Shown piece by piece: positions 9,973 to 19,790 of a stretch of 64,000 bases of DNA (positions within the stretch are counted from its first letter, which is position 1; each line of letters starts with the position of its first letter). Position numbers and translations under genes: made by a program. This DNA is from Candidatus Eiseniibacteriota bacterium. Lineage in GTDB: Bacteria > Eisenbacteria > RBG-16-71-46. Under the pieces are notes generated by a model. The model made no database searches. It was not told where the DNA came from and saw only the letters and a program-made list of their open reading frames with translations. Where the stretch lies: NCBI GenBank assembly GCA_031364845.1, contig JANLWX010000028.1:59652-123651 (forward strand). Reading direction: 5' to 3'.

Positions 9973-11274
9973 TTAAGAAGTCAGATGTTCGTAGGCCGGG
10001 GCCCGGCGCGCACCGCCGGCGGCACGGATCGAGCCCGTGTCACCGCCGGCTGCAGAGGGCGGCGTCCCGTTCAGCAGACCCTGAATCCGGTCGCAGACGT
10101 GCCGCGCGATGGGAATGGAGCACGTGAAGGCGGGCGAGACGGCATTGAGCACGTGAAACGATGCGTCATCGCCTTCGGTGCAGAAATCCATGACGAGCGT
10201 GCGGCGCTCGACATCCAGCAACTGGGCGCGAATCCCCGGTTTGCCCCAGATCGTCCAGTCCTCCGGCCGCATACCGTCGATCAGTTCCGAGGCTTTCGAT
10301 ACGAGGTAGCGACGATGATACTTTCTCATCTCTTCACGGGCAAGACCGCGGAAATCGAAGCCCGCGCGGAACAACAGTCCGAGCGACAGGCCCGCGATCT
10401 GAACCAGTTCGTCTAACTTGAAGTTGGAGGTCCAGTCGTACTGCTCGCGCCACAGGCACGGGATCGCGGTCGGACCGATCTTCGAGTGGCCGTCGGCGGT
10501 CACGGTGAAGTGGACACCGAGGAACGGGTTCCTCAAATCCGGCACCGGATAGACGCTGGTGCGCAGCGCGCCTGCGGGTTCGCTCGAATAGAGATAGAGC
10601 CCCTTGAACGGCAGGATCCGGTAGCGCTGCGAGAGTCCGAAGTCGCGCGCGACGCGGTCGGCGTAGAGTCCGGCGGCGTTCACGACGTAGCCCGCGGAGA
10701 TCGTCCCCGCACTCGTGTGCACGTCGCGCCCGCTGCGTCCGGTGTAGGCGACACCCGTGCGTACATCGATGCCTTCGGCGGTCGCGTCGGCGTGCATCGC
10801 CTCGACCACGCTCGGCGGATGCACGCTGGCCGTGGTCGGCGACCACAGCGCGCGCTCGTGGGTTCTGACGCGCGGTTCGCGCGCGCGCGCCTCGGCGGCG
10901 GTGATGCTCTCGAGCGGAACTCCGTTGCCGGCGGCGCGGCGCATGAGTTCGTCGAGCGTCGAAAGCTCCGAAGCGTCCTTCGCGACCACCAGCTTTCCGC
11001 ACGGATTGATCGCGATGCCGCGCGCTTCACAGTAGGCGCGCATGGCGATGTTGCCTTCGCGGCAGAAACGCGCCTTGAGCGAATCGGCGGTGTAGTAGAA
11101 CCCGGCGTGGAGCACGCCGCTGTTGCGTCCGCTCGCGTGCTGGCCGAGCGCGATCTCCTTGTCGATCAGCGTGATCGTGGCCTGGGCGTCGCGCGCGCGC
11201 AGTTCACGCGCGATGCACAGGCCGATGATGCCGCCGCCGACCACGAGATAGTCGGTGGTGTGCGCGGCGTTCAT
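9973..11274 (-). CDS. L-2-hydroxyglutarate oxidase-like FAD-dependent oxidoreductase
   Basis: GGGIIG, HASGRNSGVLHAG, NAAGLYAD, PFLGVHFT, GIRAQ, NAVSPAFT; start could be 11295. Confidence 0.85.
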   Translation of the reverse strand: MNAAHTTDYLVVGGGIIGLCIARELRARDAQATITLIDKEIALGQHASGRNSGVLHAGFYYTADSLKARFCREGNIAMRAYCEARGIAINPCGKLVVAKDASELSTLDELMRRAAGNGVPLESITAAEARAREPRVRTHERALWSPTTASVHPPSVVEAMHADATAEGIDVRTGVAYTGRSGRDVHTSAGTISAGYVVNAAGLYADRVARDFGLSQRYRILPFKGLYLYSSEPAGALRTSVYPVPDLRNPFLGVHFTVTADGHSKIGPTAIPCLWREQYDWTSNFKLDELVQIAGLSLGLLFRAGFDFRGLAREEMRKYHRRYLVSKASELIDGMRPEDWTIWGKPGIRAQLLDVERRTLVMDFCTEGDDASFHVLNAVSPAFTCSIPIARHVCDRIQGLLNGTPPSAAGGDTGSIRAAGGARRAPAYEHLTS

Positions 11275-11299
11275 CCGCAGTACACCCGGCGGCACTGCA

Positions 11300-12070
11300 T
11301 CACGCCCACACCTTCCACGGCGCCGAACCGCTCGCCCACAGCCGCTCCAGCTCCTGCTTCTCGCGCAGCGTGTCCATCGGCTGCCAGTAGCCTTCGTGCT
11401 GGAATGCCATCAGCTGCCCGTCGCGCGTGAGCCGTTCCATCGGAGCGCGCTCGAGCGGCTCGTGGTCGCCCTCGATGTAGTCGAACACTTCCGGCTCGAA
11501 CACGAAGAACCCGCCGTTCACCCAGCCCTCGCCACCGGACGGCTTCTCTTCGAAGTGCGTCACGCGCCCGTCCTCGATTCCCAGCAGGCCAAAGCGCGTC
11601 GGCGGGCGCACTCCGGTCACGGTCGCGATCTTGCCGTGGCGCTTGTGGAACGCGAGCAGGTCGCGGATCGGCACGTTGCCGAGGCCGTCGCCGTAGGTGG
11701 CCATGAACGTCGACGTGCCGAGCCACGGGCGCAGCCGCTTGATGCGGCCGCCGGTCATGGTCTCGGGGCCGGTGTCGATCAGATCCACTTTCCAGTTCGG
11801 CTGGCGTCCCAGATGGACCGTGGTCTTGCCGTGACCGAGATCGAGCGAGAGGTCGTTGCTCAGCTCGTGGAAGTTGAGGAAGTAATCCTTGATCACGTCA
11901 CCTTTGTAGCCGAGCGCGATCACGAACTCCTCGACGCCGTGGTGGGCGTAGATGTTCATGATGTGCCACAGGATCGGCCGTCCGCCGATCTCGATCATCG
12001 GCTTGGGGCGCAGCGCGGTCTCTTCGGCGATCCGGGTTCCGAGCCCGCCGGCGAGAATGGCGACTTTCAC
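11300..12070 (-). CDS. rfbF: Glucose-1-phosphate cytidylyltransferase
   Basis: GTG start; LAGGLGTR, KPMIEIG, TMTGGR, WQPMDTLRE, APWKVW. Confidence 0.93.
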   Translation of the reverse strand: MKVAILAGGLGTRIAEETALRPKPMIEIGGRPILWHIMNIYAHHGVEEFVIALGYKGDVIKDYFLNFHELSNDLSLDLGHGKTTVHLGRQPNWKVDLIDTGPETMTGGRIKRLRPWLGTSTFMATYGDGLGNVPIRDLLAFHKRHGKIATVTGVRPPTRFGLLGIEDGRVTHFEEKPSGGEGWVNGGFFVFEPEVFDYIEGDHEPLERAPMERLTRDGQLMAFQHEGYWQPMDTLREKQELERLWASGSAPWKVWA

Positions 12071-12535
12071 GAGATCACCCGTTGGTGAGGGGGGTATGAT
12101 GAAGAGGTTCCGTGGCTGGCCGAAGCGTCCGGACACCGCATGTTCGTCTCCGGATCGGGCAGGGTCCGCAAAACCGCCTTCGTGCGAGCTTGAAACGTAC
12201 CTTGAGAACGGGTCCAGGCGCGAGCAGGAGAGACCCGCCGTCTTCTCACTGCCGGCAGGCCGCGATGAGTCGGTGTGGGTGGCCCAGGGTCAGAATCGGC
12301 CTCGTCCGGCCCCGGCTTGACCCGCTTCCGTCGAATCCCTAACCTGTTTCGCCGCAGCAGCCAGTTGCCTGCTGGCGGTATCCAATCTCCTTCAGACGCC
12401 CCCCCGGGTGGACGAACATACTCCCATGCGCATAGCGAGCGGTTTGCGACACCCGGCGGACCCTGCCCTGGGAACCGGTCACCGCGCGCAGCGGCGGCCC
12501 CGGCCGGCAGAGACCGAAAGTGCAGGTTCCAGGCC

Positions 12536-13666
12536 ATGAAGATCGTGCACGTCTACAAGGACTACTACCCCCCGACCGTGGGGGGCATCGAGCAGACCGC
12601 CGAACGTCTCGCGGTGCAGATGGTGCGCCGCGGCGCCGAAGTCACGGTGCTGACCTCGCATCCCAAAGTGAAGAAGACAATCGAGGAAACGATCGACGGC
12701 GTGCGCATCATCCGCTGCGCCGAGTGGGGACGAGCGCTCTCCGCGCCGTTCTGCCCGGATATGCCTTATCAAATGTCGCGCCTGCGCGCGGATCTGTGGC
12801 ACCTGCACTACCCGAGCCCGCCCGGCGAAGTGAGCTGGCTCACCGTGCGGCCGCGTGGCGGGATGGTGGTGACGTGGCACGGTGACATCACGCGCCAGAA
12901 GTTCGCGCTGCCCGTCTACCGGCACTTCGTGCAGGCGATCCTGCGCGAGGCCGATGCGGTGATGCAGACCTACGAGCGCCAGGCGGACGTGTCGCCGTTC
13001 CTGCGCGACTTCAAGCACAAGTGCCATGTGGTGCCGCTCGGCATCGAACTCGAAGCGTTCGAGCGCCGGCCCGAGCACACCGGGTTCGCCGCCGAACTGC
13101 GCGAGAAATACGGCTCGCCGATCGTTCTTTCGGTCGGCAGGCTCGTGGGCTACAAGGGCATCGACGTGCTGCTCGATGCCGCGCCGCGGATCGAGGGCAA
13201 GGTTCTGATCGTCGGCGGCGGGCCCGAGGCCGAGCGCCTCAAGGCCAAGGCCGCGGCGATGGGGCTTGGCGACCAGGTCGTGTTCATCGGACGGGTCGAG
13301 CCGTCCAAGGTGATCCACTATGTCTCGGCCGCCGATGTCGGTGTGCTGCCGTCGATCGCGCCGCAGGAGACGTTCGGACTCTCGATGGTGGAGATGATGG
13401 CCCATGGCCTGCCGGTCGTGTGCACCGAGTTGAACACCGGAACCTCGTTCGTCAATCAGCACGGTGAATCGGGGCTGGTCGTCCAGCCGGGTGATCCGGC
13501 CGCGCTGGCGGACGCGATCAACCAGTTGTTGCGCGACGCGTCCCTGCGCGCCCGGCTCGGCCAGGGAGCCGCCGATCGCGCACACCGGCTGTTCAGCACC
13601 GATGCGATGATGCGCGGCGTCCTGGACGTCTACGAAGCCGTGCTCGGCCGGCGGCGGGCGGCGTAG
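12536..13666 (+). CDS. Glycosyltransferase family 4
   Basis: GGIE, VGRLVGYKG, ETFGLSMVEMM (E-x7-E). Confidence 0.9.
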   Translation: MKIVHVYKDYYPPTVGGIEQTAERLAVQMVRRGAEVTVLTSHPKVKKTIEETIDGVRIIRCAEWGRALSAPFCPDMPYQMSRLRADLWHLHYPSPPGEVSWLTVRPRGGMVVTWHGDITRQKFALPVYRHFVQAILREADAVMQTYERQADVSPFLRDFKHKCHVVPLGIELEAFERRPEHTGFAAELREKYGSPIVLSVGRLVGYKGIDVLLDAAPRIEGKVLIVGGGPEAERLKAKAAAMGLGDQVVFIGRVEPSKVIHYVSAADVGVLPSIAPQETFGLSMVEMMAHGLPVVCTELNTGTSFVNQHGESGLVVQPGDPAALADAINQLLRDASLRARLGQGAADRAHRLFSTDAMMRGVLDVYEAVLGRRRAA

Positions 13667-13679
13667 TGGCGGACCGCTG

Positions 13680-15080
13680 ATGTTCAATCGCCACCGCGAT
13701 CTGTTCGCGACCGGGCTGTTCGTGCTCGACGGCATGATCCTCGCCGGCGCGTGGCTTGCGGCGTACGCTCTGCGCTTCCACGTGCTCGGTCTGCCGGCGC
13801 CGCTCGGCGTGCCGCCGCTGTCGCTCTACCTGTGGATCGGCGCGGTCGTGACGCTGGTCGCGCTGATCGTCATGCGCACACTGCGGCTCTATCGCTCGGC
13901 GCGCACCGCGCGGCTCGGGCACGAGCTGTTCGCGCTCGGACAGGGCGTGGTGATCGTCACCGGTATCGCGGGCCTTGCGTCGTTCTTCGCGCGCGGAGAA
14001 TTGTCGCGCGCCACGCTCGCGATCTTCGCCGTGATCGCGGCGACCGGCCTGTGGAGCAGCCGGCTCGCGCTGCGCATGGTGCTGCGCGCGCTGCGGCGCG
14101 GCGGACACAATCTGCGTCACGCGATCGTGGTTGGCACCGGCGACATGGCGCAGGAGCTGATCCGAAAGATTCACGACCATCCGGACTTCGGCATTCTCGT
14201 GCGCGGCGTGCTCGCCGCAAACGACGCCGATGCGCACCGCGAGCGCGTCGCCGGCGCGCGCGTGCTGGGCACGGTGGCGCAGTTGCCGGGAGTGGTCGAA
14301 CGCGAAGGCGTGGAGCTCGTGTACCTCGCACTCGCGCGCTCCGAGTGGCAGGCGGAGGAGGAAGCGCTCACGCGCCTGGCGGATTCGACGGTCGCAGTAC
14401 GGCTGGTGCCCGACCTCGTGCGCTCGCTGTCGCTCAACGCCAGCGTCGAGGACTTCGACGGCATGCCGGTCGTGAGCCTCACCGACAACCCGGGCCAGGG
14501 CTGGAACGCCGTCGCCAAGCGCGCGTTCGATCTCGCGTTCGCGTGCCTGGGCCTGATCGTGCTAGCACCGCTGCTGCTCGCGATCGCGATCTGGATCCGC
14601 GCGACCTCGCGCGGTCCGGTGTTGTTCGCGCAGGACCGCGTCGGCATGAACGGGCGCCGCTTCAAGATGCTCAAGTTCCGCACCATGCGCGAGGACGCCG
14701 AAGCCGCGGGCCCGGGCTGGACGCGCCCGTCGGATCCGCGCCGCACCGACGTGGGAGCGGTACTGCGCCCGCTGTCGCTCGACGAGCTTCCGCAATTGTG
14801 GAACGTGCTGCTCGGCCAGATGAGCCTGGTCGGCCCGCGGCCGGAGCAGCCGTTCTACGTGGATCAGTTCCGCGCCTCGGTGCCGCGCTACATGCTGCGG
14901 CATCACGTGAAGGCGGGCATCACCGGATGGGCTCAGGTGCACGGCCTGCGCGGCGACACGCCGCTCGACCGGCGCGTCGAATACGATCTCTACTACATCC
15001 GGCACTGGTCGATCCTGCTCGACTTGAAGATCCTGGCGCTGACCGTCGCGCGTGTGTTCCGCGACGCGAGCGCGCACTGA
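13680..15080 (+). CDS. Undecaprenyl-phosphate glucose phosphotransferase (WcaJ/WbaP family)
   Basis: N-terminal TMs; KFRTM, LDELPQL, SLVGPRPE, GITGWAQV. Confidence 0.92.
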   Translation: MFNRHRDLFATGLFVLDGMILAGAWLAAYALRFHVLGLPAPLGVPPLSLYLWIGAVVTLVALIVMRTLRLYRSARTARLGHELFALGQGVVIVTGIAGLASFFARGELSRATLAIFAVIAATGLWSSRLALRMVLRALRRGGHNLRHAIVVGTGDMAQELIRKIHDHPDFGILVRGVLAANDADAHRERVAGARVLGTVAQLPGVVEREGVELVYLALARSEWQAEEEALTRLADSTVAVRLVPDLVRSLSLNASVEDFDGMPVVSLTDNPGQGWNAVAKRAFDLAFACLGLIVLAPLLLAIAIWIRATSRGPVLFAQDRVGMNGRRFKMLKFRTMREDAEAAGPGWTRPSDPRRTDVGAVLRPLSLDELPQLWNVLLGQMSLVGPRPEQPFYVDQFRASVPRYMLRHHVKAGITGWAQVHGLRGDTPLDRRVEYDLYYIRHWSILLDLKILALTVARVFRDASAH

Positions 15081-15084
15081 CGCG

Positions 15085-16185
15085 TTACTCCACCGCCGAT
15101 TCGTAGACGTCGAGCGTGCGCCGCGCGGCTTCGGCCCACGTGAAGCGGCGCGCGTGCTCGAGACCGCGGCGGGCGAGTTCCGCGCGGCGCGTCGAATCCC
15201 CGAGCAGTGCCGCGATCGAAGCGGCCCACGGCTGCGGATCGATCGGATCGAGCAACTCGGCGGCATCGCCGACCGTCTCGGGCAACGCGCCGCCGGTCGA
15301 ACACAGCACCGGCGTCCCGCACGCCATCGCTTCGAGCGGTGGCAGGCCGAAGCCTTCGGTGAGCGACGGTTGCACGTAGAGCGCCGCACCCGAGTAGCAG
15401 CTCGACAGCGCCTCGTCGTCGTCGAAGTCGCCGGCAAAGTGAATCGAACTCGCGAGCCCGAGCTGTGCTGCGAGTCGTGCGAGCGGATCATTCGCGCTCC
15501 ATGCCAGTCCCGACAACACCAGCGGCGGGCGATCGGCCGCGGGAATCGCGGCGAGCGCGCGCAGCAGCATGCCGAGATTCTTATGACCGCGCCGCGCGCC
15601 GACGTAGAGCAGATAGTCCTCCGGAAGCGCATGCGCGCGACGGTATGCGGCGACCGCGGCGGCATCGCGGCGCGCGATCGAGGACGCGACTCCGAGCGGA
15701 ATCACCCGCACGCGCTCGGGCGGAACGTCGAGCGCTTCGATGATGTCGCCGCGCGTGTGCTCGGAGTTGGCGATCACCACCCGCGAGCGGCGCGCCGCGA
15801 GCCCCGCGATCGTGCGCGCGTAGAGTGCGGCACCCGCGGGGAAGAACTGCGGGTGCCGCACGTGGATCAGGTCGTGGATCGTCACCACCGCCCGGCCGTT
15901 CCATGCGAGCGGCAGAGTGTAGTGCGGCGCGTGGAACAGATCGACGAGTGCCGCACGCGCGGCCGCGGCCAGCACCCAGTGCTCGGCGATCGAATACTTG
16001 CCCGCGCGCACCGCGATCTCGCGGGTGACGCGGTCCGACCAGGTCGTGGTGCCGAAGTCCTTGGGATCGAGGAACAGCGCGAAGCGATGACCGCGCGGCT
16101 CAAGGAGCAGTGCCTCGATCAGATGGCGCACGTAAGTGCCGATGCCGCCGTCACGCAGTTTGCGCGCATCGATGCCGATCAGCAT
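15085..16185 (-). CDS. Glycosyltransferase family 4 (GT-B)
   Basis: GIGTY, TIHDL, HKN, EGFGLPPLEAMACG. Confidence 0.9.
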   Translation of the reverse strand: MLIGIDARKLRDGGIGTYVRHLIEALLLEPRGHRFALFLDPKDFGTTTWSDRVTREIAVRAGKYSIAEHWVLAAAARAALVDLFHAPHYTLPLAWNGRAVVTIHDLIHVRHPQFFPAGAALYARTIAGLAARRSRVVIANSEHTRGDIIEALDVPPERVRVIPLGVASSIARRDAAAVAAYRRAHALPEDYLLYVGARRGHKNLGMLLRALAAIPAADRPPLVLSGLAWSANDPLARLAAQLGLASSIHFAGDFDDDEALSSCYSGAALYVQPSLTEGFGLPPLEAMACGTPVLCSTGGALPETVGDAAELLDPIDPQPWAASIAALLGDSTRRAELARRGLEHARRFTWAEAARRTLDVYESAVE

Positions 16186-17123
16186 GGCGTTCCGCCGCGG
16201 CTCTGCCAGTCGCGGAAGCCGCGCCAGCGCCCGTGCAGTGAACCCACGTAGCGCCTCGCGTCGCCCGCCCGCCCGCGCACGAAGCTGAGCCCGGCACCCA
16301 CGGCGGCGCGGGCGAGATACTCCGCGAACAGCATGCGCGCGGTCCATCCGCGGGAACCGGCCGCGTGCTTCGCGAACATCGCGCCCCAGCCGCGACCGTA
16401 GTGATACGCGCGCTCGGCCTGTTGCTTCGGCGTGCGTACGGAAAACGGCTCGGCATGCACCACGTGGGCCTCGGGGACATAGGCACCTGTGTGGCCGGCC
16501 TCGATCAGCCGGAACACGAGGTCGCTTTCCTCACCGCTCGGGAACTCGGCCCCGGCGCCGAGCCGCTCGTCGAAGCCGCCGATCGCGCGCAGCACGTCGC
16601 GATCGACGACCAGGCCCGCGCTCACCACGCCCCGCAGGACTTCGCGTTGCGTGCGGATCGCGTACGGGTGCGCGTCCATCGCTGGCGCCAGCACGGTGCC
16701 GTGTTCGTCGTGCACGCGCCCGCACACGAAGCCGAGCGCGGGCTGTGTTGCGAGGAACGCCGTGATCGCGCGCGCAAACTCACGATCGGGAATGCAGTCG
16801 TCGTCGGGAAAGAAGACCCACGTTCCGCGCGCGAGCGCGATCCCGTGATTGCGCGCGCGCGACAGTCCGCGCACGGGGAGGCGCTCGTAGCGCGCGCCCG
16901 CGCGCGCGGCGAGTTTCGCGACCGCGTCGTCCTCGCCCTGATGGACCACGATCACGTCGGCGAACGGAACGCTCGAAGCGTTGAGTGCGGCGAGACACGC
17001 TTTAAGACACTCGATGCGTCCGAGCGTGGCGACGACGGCGGACAGCGCCGGCACCGGACGCGGCGCGCGATCGTCGGCGCCCGCATCGGAACCGCTCGCC
17101 GTCGCGCGCTCGGGCGCCGTCAT
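16179..17123 (-). CDS. Glycosyltransferase family 2
   Basis: GLSRARN, FPDDD, GGFDERLG, GEESDL. Confidence 0.87.
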   Translation of the reverse strand: MTAPERATASGSDAGADDRAPRPVPALSAVVATLGRIECLKACLAALNASSVPFADVIVVHQGEDDAVAKLAARAGARYERLPVRGLSRARNHGIALARGTWVFFPDDDCIPDREFARAITAFLATQPALGFVCGRVHDEHGTVLAPAMDAHPYAIRTQREVLRGVVSAGLVVDRDVLRAIGGFDERLGAGAEFPSGEESDLVFRLIEAGHTGAYVPEAHVVHAEPFSVRTPKQQAERAYHYGRGWGAMFAKHAAGSRGWTARMLFAEYLARAAVGAGLSFVRGRAGDARRYVGSLHGRWRGFRDWQSRGGTPC

Positions 17124-18229
17124 GAACGCGTCTCCCGCACGCGGTCGAACAGCGCTTCCCAGCGCGCCGCGATCGCGCGGGGTTCGAACGCGGCCGCGCG
17201 CGACCGCGCCTTCGCCGCGAGACTTGCGCGGCGCCCGGGATCGTCGATCAACCCTCGCACCGCGGCGGCGAGGGCGGCGGGATTCGCGGGTGCCACGAGC
17301 TCGCCGGCCGCACCGCCTTCGAGTGCGTCCACGACACCGCTCCCGCAACGCGTAGCGATCACCGGAAGGCCGGCCGCAATCGCTTCGAGCAATGCGAGCG
17401 GCAGGCCCTCGGCGCGCGAAGGGAGCACGAACACATCCGCGGCATCGAGGAACGGAGCGGGATCGGGATGGAATCCGGCGAACCGAACGCGGTCCGCGAC
17501 CCCGAGCGCGCGCGCCTGAGACTCGAGCGATTCACGCATCGGACCGTCGCCGAGCACGGTCCACTCCCAGTCGCCGGCGTCGAGCGCGGCCGCCGCATCG
17601 AGCAGCACGTCGATGCCCTTGATGGGATGGAGCCGCGCGATGGTGAGCAGGCGCACCGGGCCGGTCGCCGCGCGCGTGTTCGCGCGCATCGCGCGCGACG
17701 CCACCGGATTCGGAATCACCGAAGTCCGCTCGCGTGGCACGCCGAGCCGCTCGAGTGCCTGCCGCCCGTCCTCAGACACCGCGACCGAAGCCGTGCACGC
17801 GCGATAGCCGAACTCGAGCGCGCTCCACATCGGCTTCGACAAACGCGCGGATGCGTTCGGGCCGTCGCCGTCCCGCGCGTAGAGCGTGAACAGATCCGGA
17901 TGCAGCACCCCGATCACCGGCCGGCGCAGCCACCGGCCCCACAAGGCGGCGAACACGACCGGCGGTCCTTCCATGCCGCCGACGATCACGTCCGCGCTCC
18001 GGCACGTCGCGAGGCCGCGCGCGAACAGCATCGGCGCGACGAGGGCGAGGCGCGTGCGATCGTCACCCAGTGCCACGACCTCCACTCCGGGAGGCGTTGC
18101 GTGATCGATCGCGCGCTTCAGCAGCAGCACCGTCACGCGCGTGCGGGTGAATGCGGGGCCGAGCACCAGGGGGAGTTTCTCGGCGCCGCCGCCGCGCAGG
18201 TCGGTCAGCACCCACACGCAGTGGATCAC
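17120..18229 (-). CDS. Glycosyltransferase family 4
   Basis: GTG start overlapping upstream stop; GGAEK, RLHPIKG, EGLPLALLEA. Confidence 0.87.
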   Translation of the reverse strand: MIHCVWVLTDLRGGGAEKLPLVLGPAFTRTRVTVLLLKRAIDHATPPGVEVVALGDDRTRLALVAPMLFARGLATCRSADVIVGGMEGPPVVFAALWGRWLRRPVIGVLHPDLFTLYARDGDGPNASARLSKPMWSALEFGYRACTASVAVSEDGRQALERLGVPRERTSVIPNPVASRAMRANTRAATGPVRLLTIARLHPIKGIDVLLDAAAALDAGDWEWTVLGDGPMRESLESQARALGVADRVRFAGFHPDPAPFLDAADVFVLPSRAEGLPLALLEAIAAGLPVIATRCGSGVVDALEGGAAGELVAPANPAALAAAVRGLIDDPGRRASLAAKARSRAAAFEPRAIAARWEALFDRVRETRS

Positions 18230-18957
18230 GGACGCCGGGCGACGGCGATCAGGTTGTAGCTGGTCGGAATGTGCACGCCTTCGCGCCCCAGCTCCGCGAT
18301 GAGGTACGTCTTCCACAGCGCGCGCCCCAGTCCCGCGACCGCCCAGCGCGCCCAGCCCAATGCGGTGAACGGCGTGATCGATTCGCCGACGCAGTGCGTG
18401 AGCTCGAGATCACACGTCATGAGGCCCTCGCGCAGCGACATCTCGGTGAACAGCAGCTCGTGCGTGAGATCGCGGTAGCGCGCACGGGGTCCGATCAGCG
18501 AGCTGGCGTTCGGCGTCTTCATGATGAGCGTGCCCCCCGGGCGCAGCGCCACGCGCGCGAGGTCGAAGAACTTGAGAATTTCGTCCTTCACGAGGTGCTC
18601 GATGAAGTCCAGCGCCAGAATCGTGTCGAACGCTTCGGACTTGCCCTCGAGATGTTCGAACGTGTCGCCCTGTTCCACCGGCAATCCGCGCGCCGCGGCG
18701 ACCTCCGCCTGTTCGCGGCTGATGTCGACGCCGTAGGCCTTCGCGTATCCCGCGCGGCGCAGCATGTGGACGGCATAGCCGGTGCCGCACGCGACATCGA
18801 CGATCGCCGCGTCGCGCGAGGCCGGCAGATAGGGCCCGAGCACGCTCAGGAGCGCCCGCGCATGATGGTCGTAGTCGGTGTCGGTGGGGCGGTTGACGAC
18901 CGAGTACGAGGTCGAGAAGTAGCGTTCGTAGATGCGCGCGCGGTAGTTGGAGGTCAT
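18226..18957 (-). CDS. Class I SAM-dependent methyltransferase
   Basis: DVACGTG, GVDIS, FIEH, LRPGG, TPN. Confidence 0.88.
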   Translation of the reverse strand: MTSNYRARIYERYFSTSYSVVNRPTDTDYDHHARALLSVLGPYLPASRDAAIVDVACGTGYAVHMLRRAGYAKAYGVDISREQAEVAAARGLPVEQGDTFEHLEGKSEAFDTILALDFIEHLVKDEILKFFDLARVALRPGGTLIMKTPNASSLIGPRARYRDLTHELLFTEMSLREGLMTCDLELTHCVGESITPFTALGWARWAVAGLGRALWKTYLIAELGREGVHIPTSYNLIAVARRP

Positions 18958-19055
18958 GGCGCGGCAGTCTCGCCTCGTGACTGGGGCGAGTCAACCGGGA
19001 GCCACAGCGGCACTGCGGAATGGTGCGTGTGCGCGGTGTCACGTAGGATCGCGCC

Positions 19056-19790
19056 ATGAGCCAGGCCTGCGGAGAAGTCCTCGACGAAGTGCGCCGCGCG
19101 ATCCGTTCGCTGCTGGGCCCGATCGCCGAAGTCATCGGGAGCGAATCGCATCTGCTCGATGTCGGATGCTGGGACGGCGCCGAGACGGTCCGCTACGCAA
19201 ACCTGCTCCACGCACGCCCGCACGGGATCGAGATCTTTCCCGAGCCCGCCGTGGAAGCGGAGCGCAACGGCGTGGATGTCGGGCGCGTCGATCTCGAAGG
19301 CGGGCGCTTCCCGTGGGCCGACGGCTCGATGGACGTGGTGATCGCCAATCAGGTGTTCGAGCACCTGAAGAATATCTGGCTGCCGATGTCCGAGATGTTT
19401 CGCGTCACGCGCGACGGCGGCTGGCTCGTGATCTCGGTGCCCAATCTTTCGAGCCTGCACAATCGCGCGCTGATGCTGCTCGGGGAGCAGCCGACTTCGA
19501 TCCGCACATTCGGCCCGCACGTGCGCGGCTACGCTGCCTCTGAATTCGTGCGCTTCGTTACCTTCGAAGGCGCCTACGAACTCGTGAGCCGCACCGGGGT
19601 CGGGTTCTATCCGCTGCCCGCGCGTCTCGCGACGCCGCTCGCGCGCGCGTGGCCGTCGGCGAGCCACACGACCGTGCTGCTCGCGCGCAAGCGCGCGGGT
19701 GTCGCGCGCGCACCGTGGCAGGCGTTCGTCGAGGACGGGCACGAGGGCCTGCAGACGTTCTACGGCGAAGGCGCAGTCTCCGCGCGCTGA
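19056..19790 (+). CDS. Class I SAM-dependent methyltransferase
   Basis: LLDVGCWDG, NQVFEHL, GGWLVISVPN. Confidence 0.87.
   Translation: MSQACGEVLDEVRRAIRSLLGPIAEVIGSESHLLDVGCWDGAETVRYANLLHARPHGIEIFPEPAVEAERNGVDVGRVDLEGGRFPWADGSMDVVIANQVFEHLKNIWLPMSEMFRVTRDGGWLVISVPNLSSLHNRALMLLGEQPTSIRTFGPHVRGYAASEFVRFVTFEGAYELVSRTGVGFYPLPARLATPLARAWPSASHTTVLLARKRAGVARAPWQAFVEDGHEGLQTFYGEGAVSAR

Noticed and set aside
12071..12535. ORFs or ncRNA in the 465-bp rfbF/GT4 intergenic region
   Set aside because: ORFs have no recognisable motifs and no RNA family was recognised; best read as a divergent promoter region
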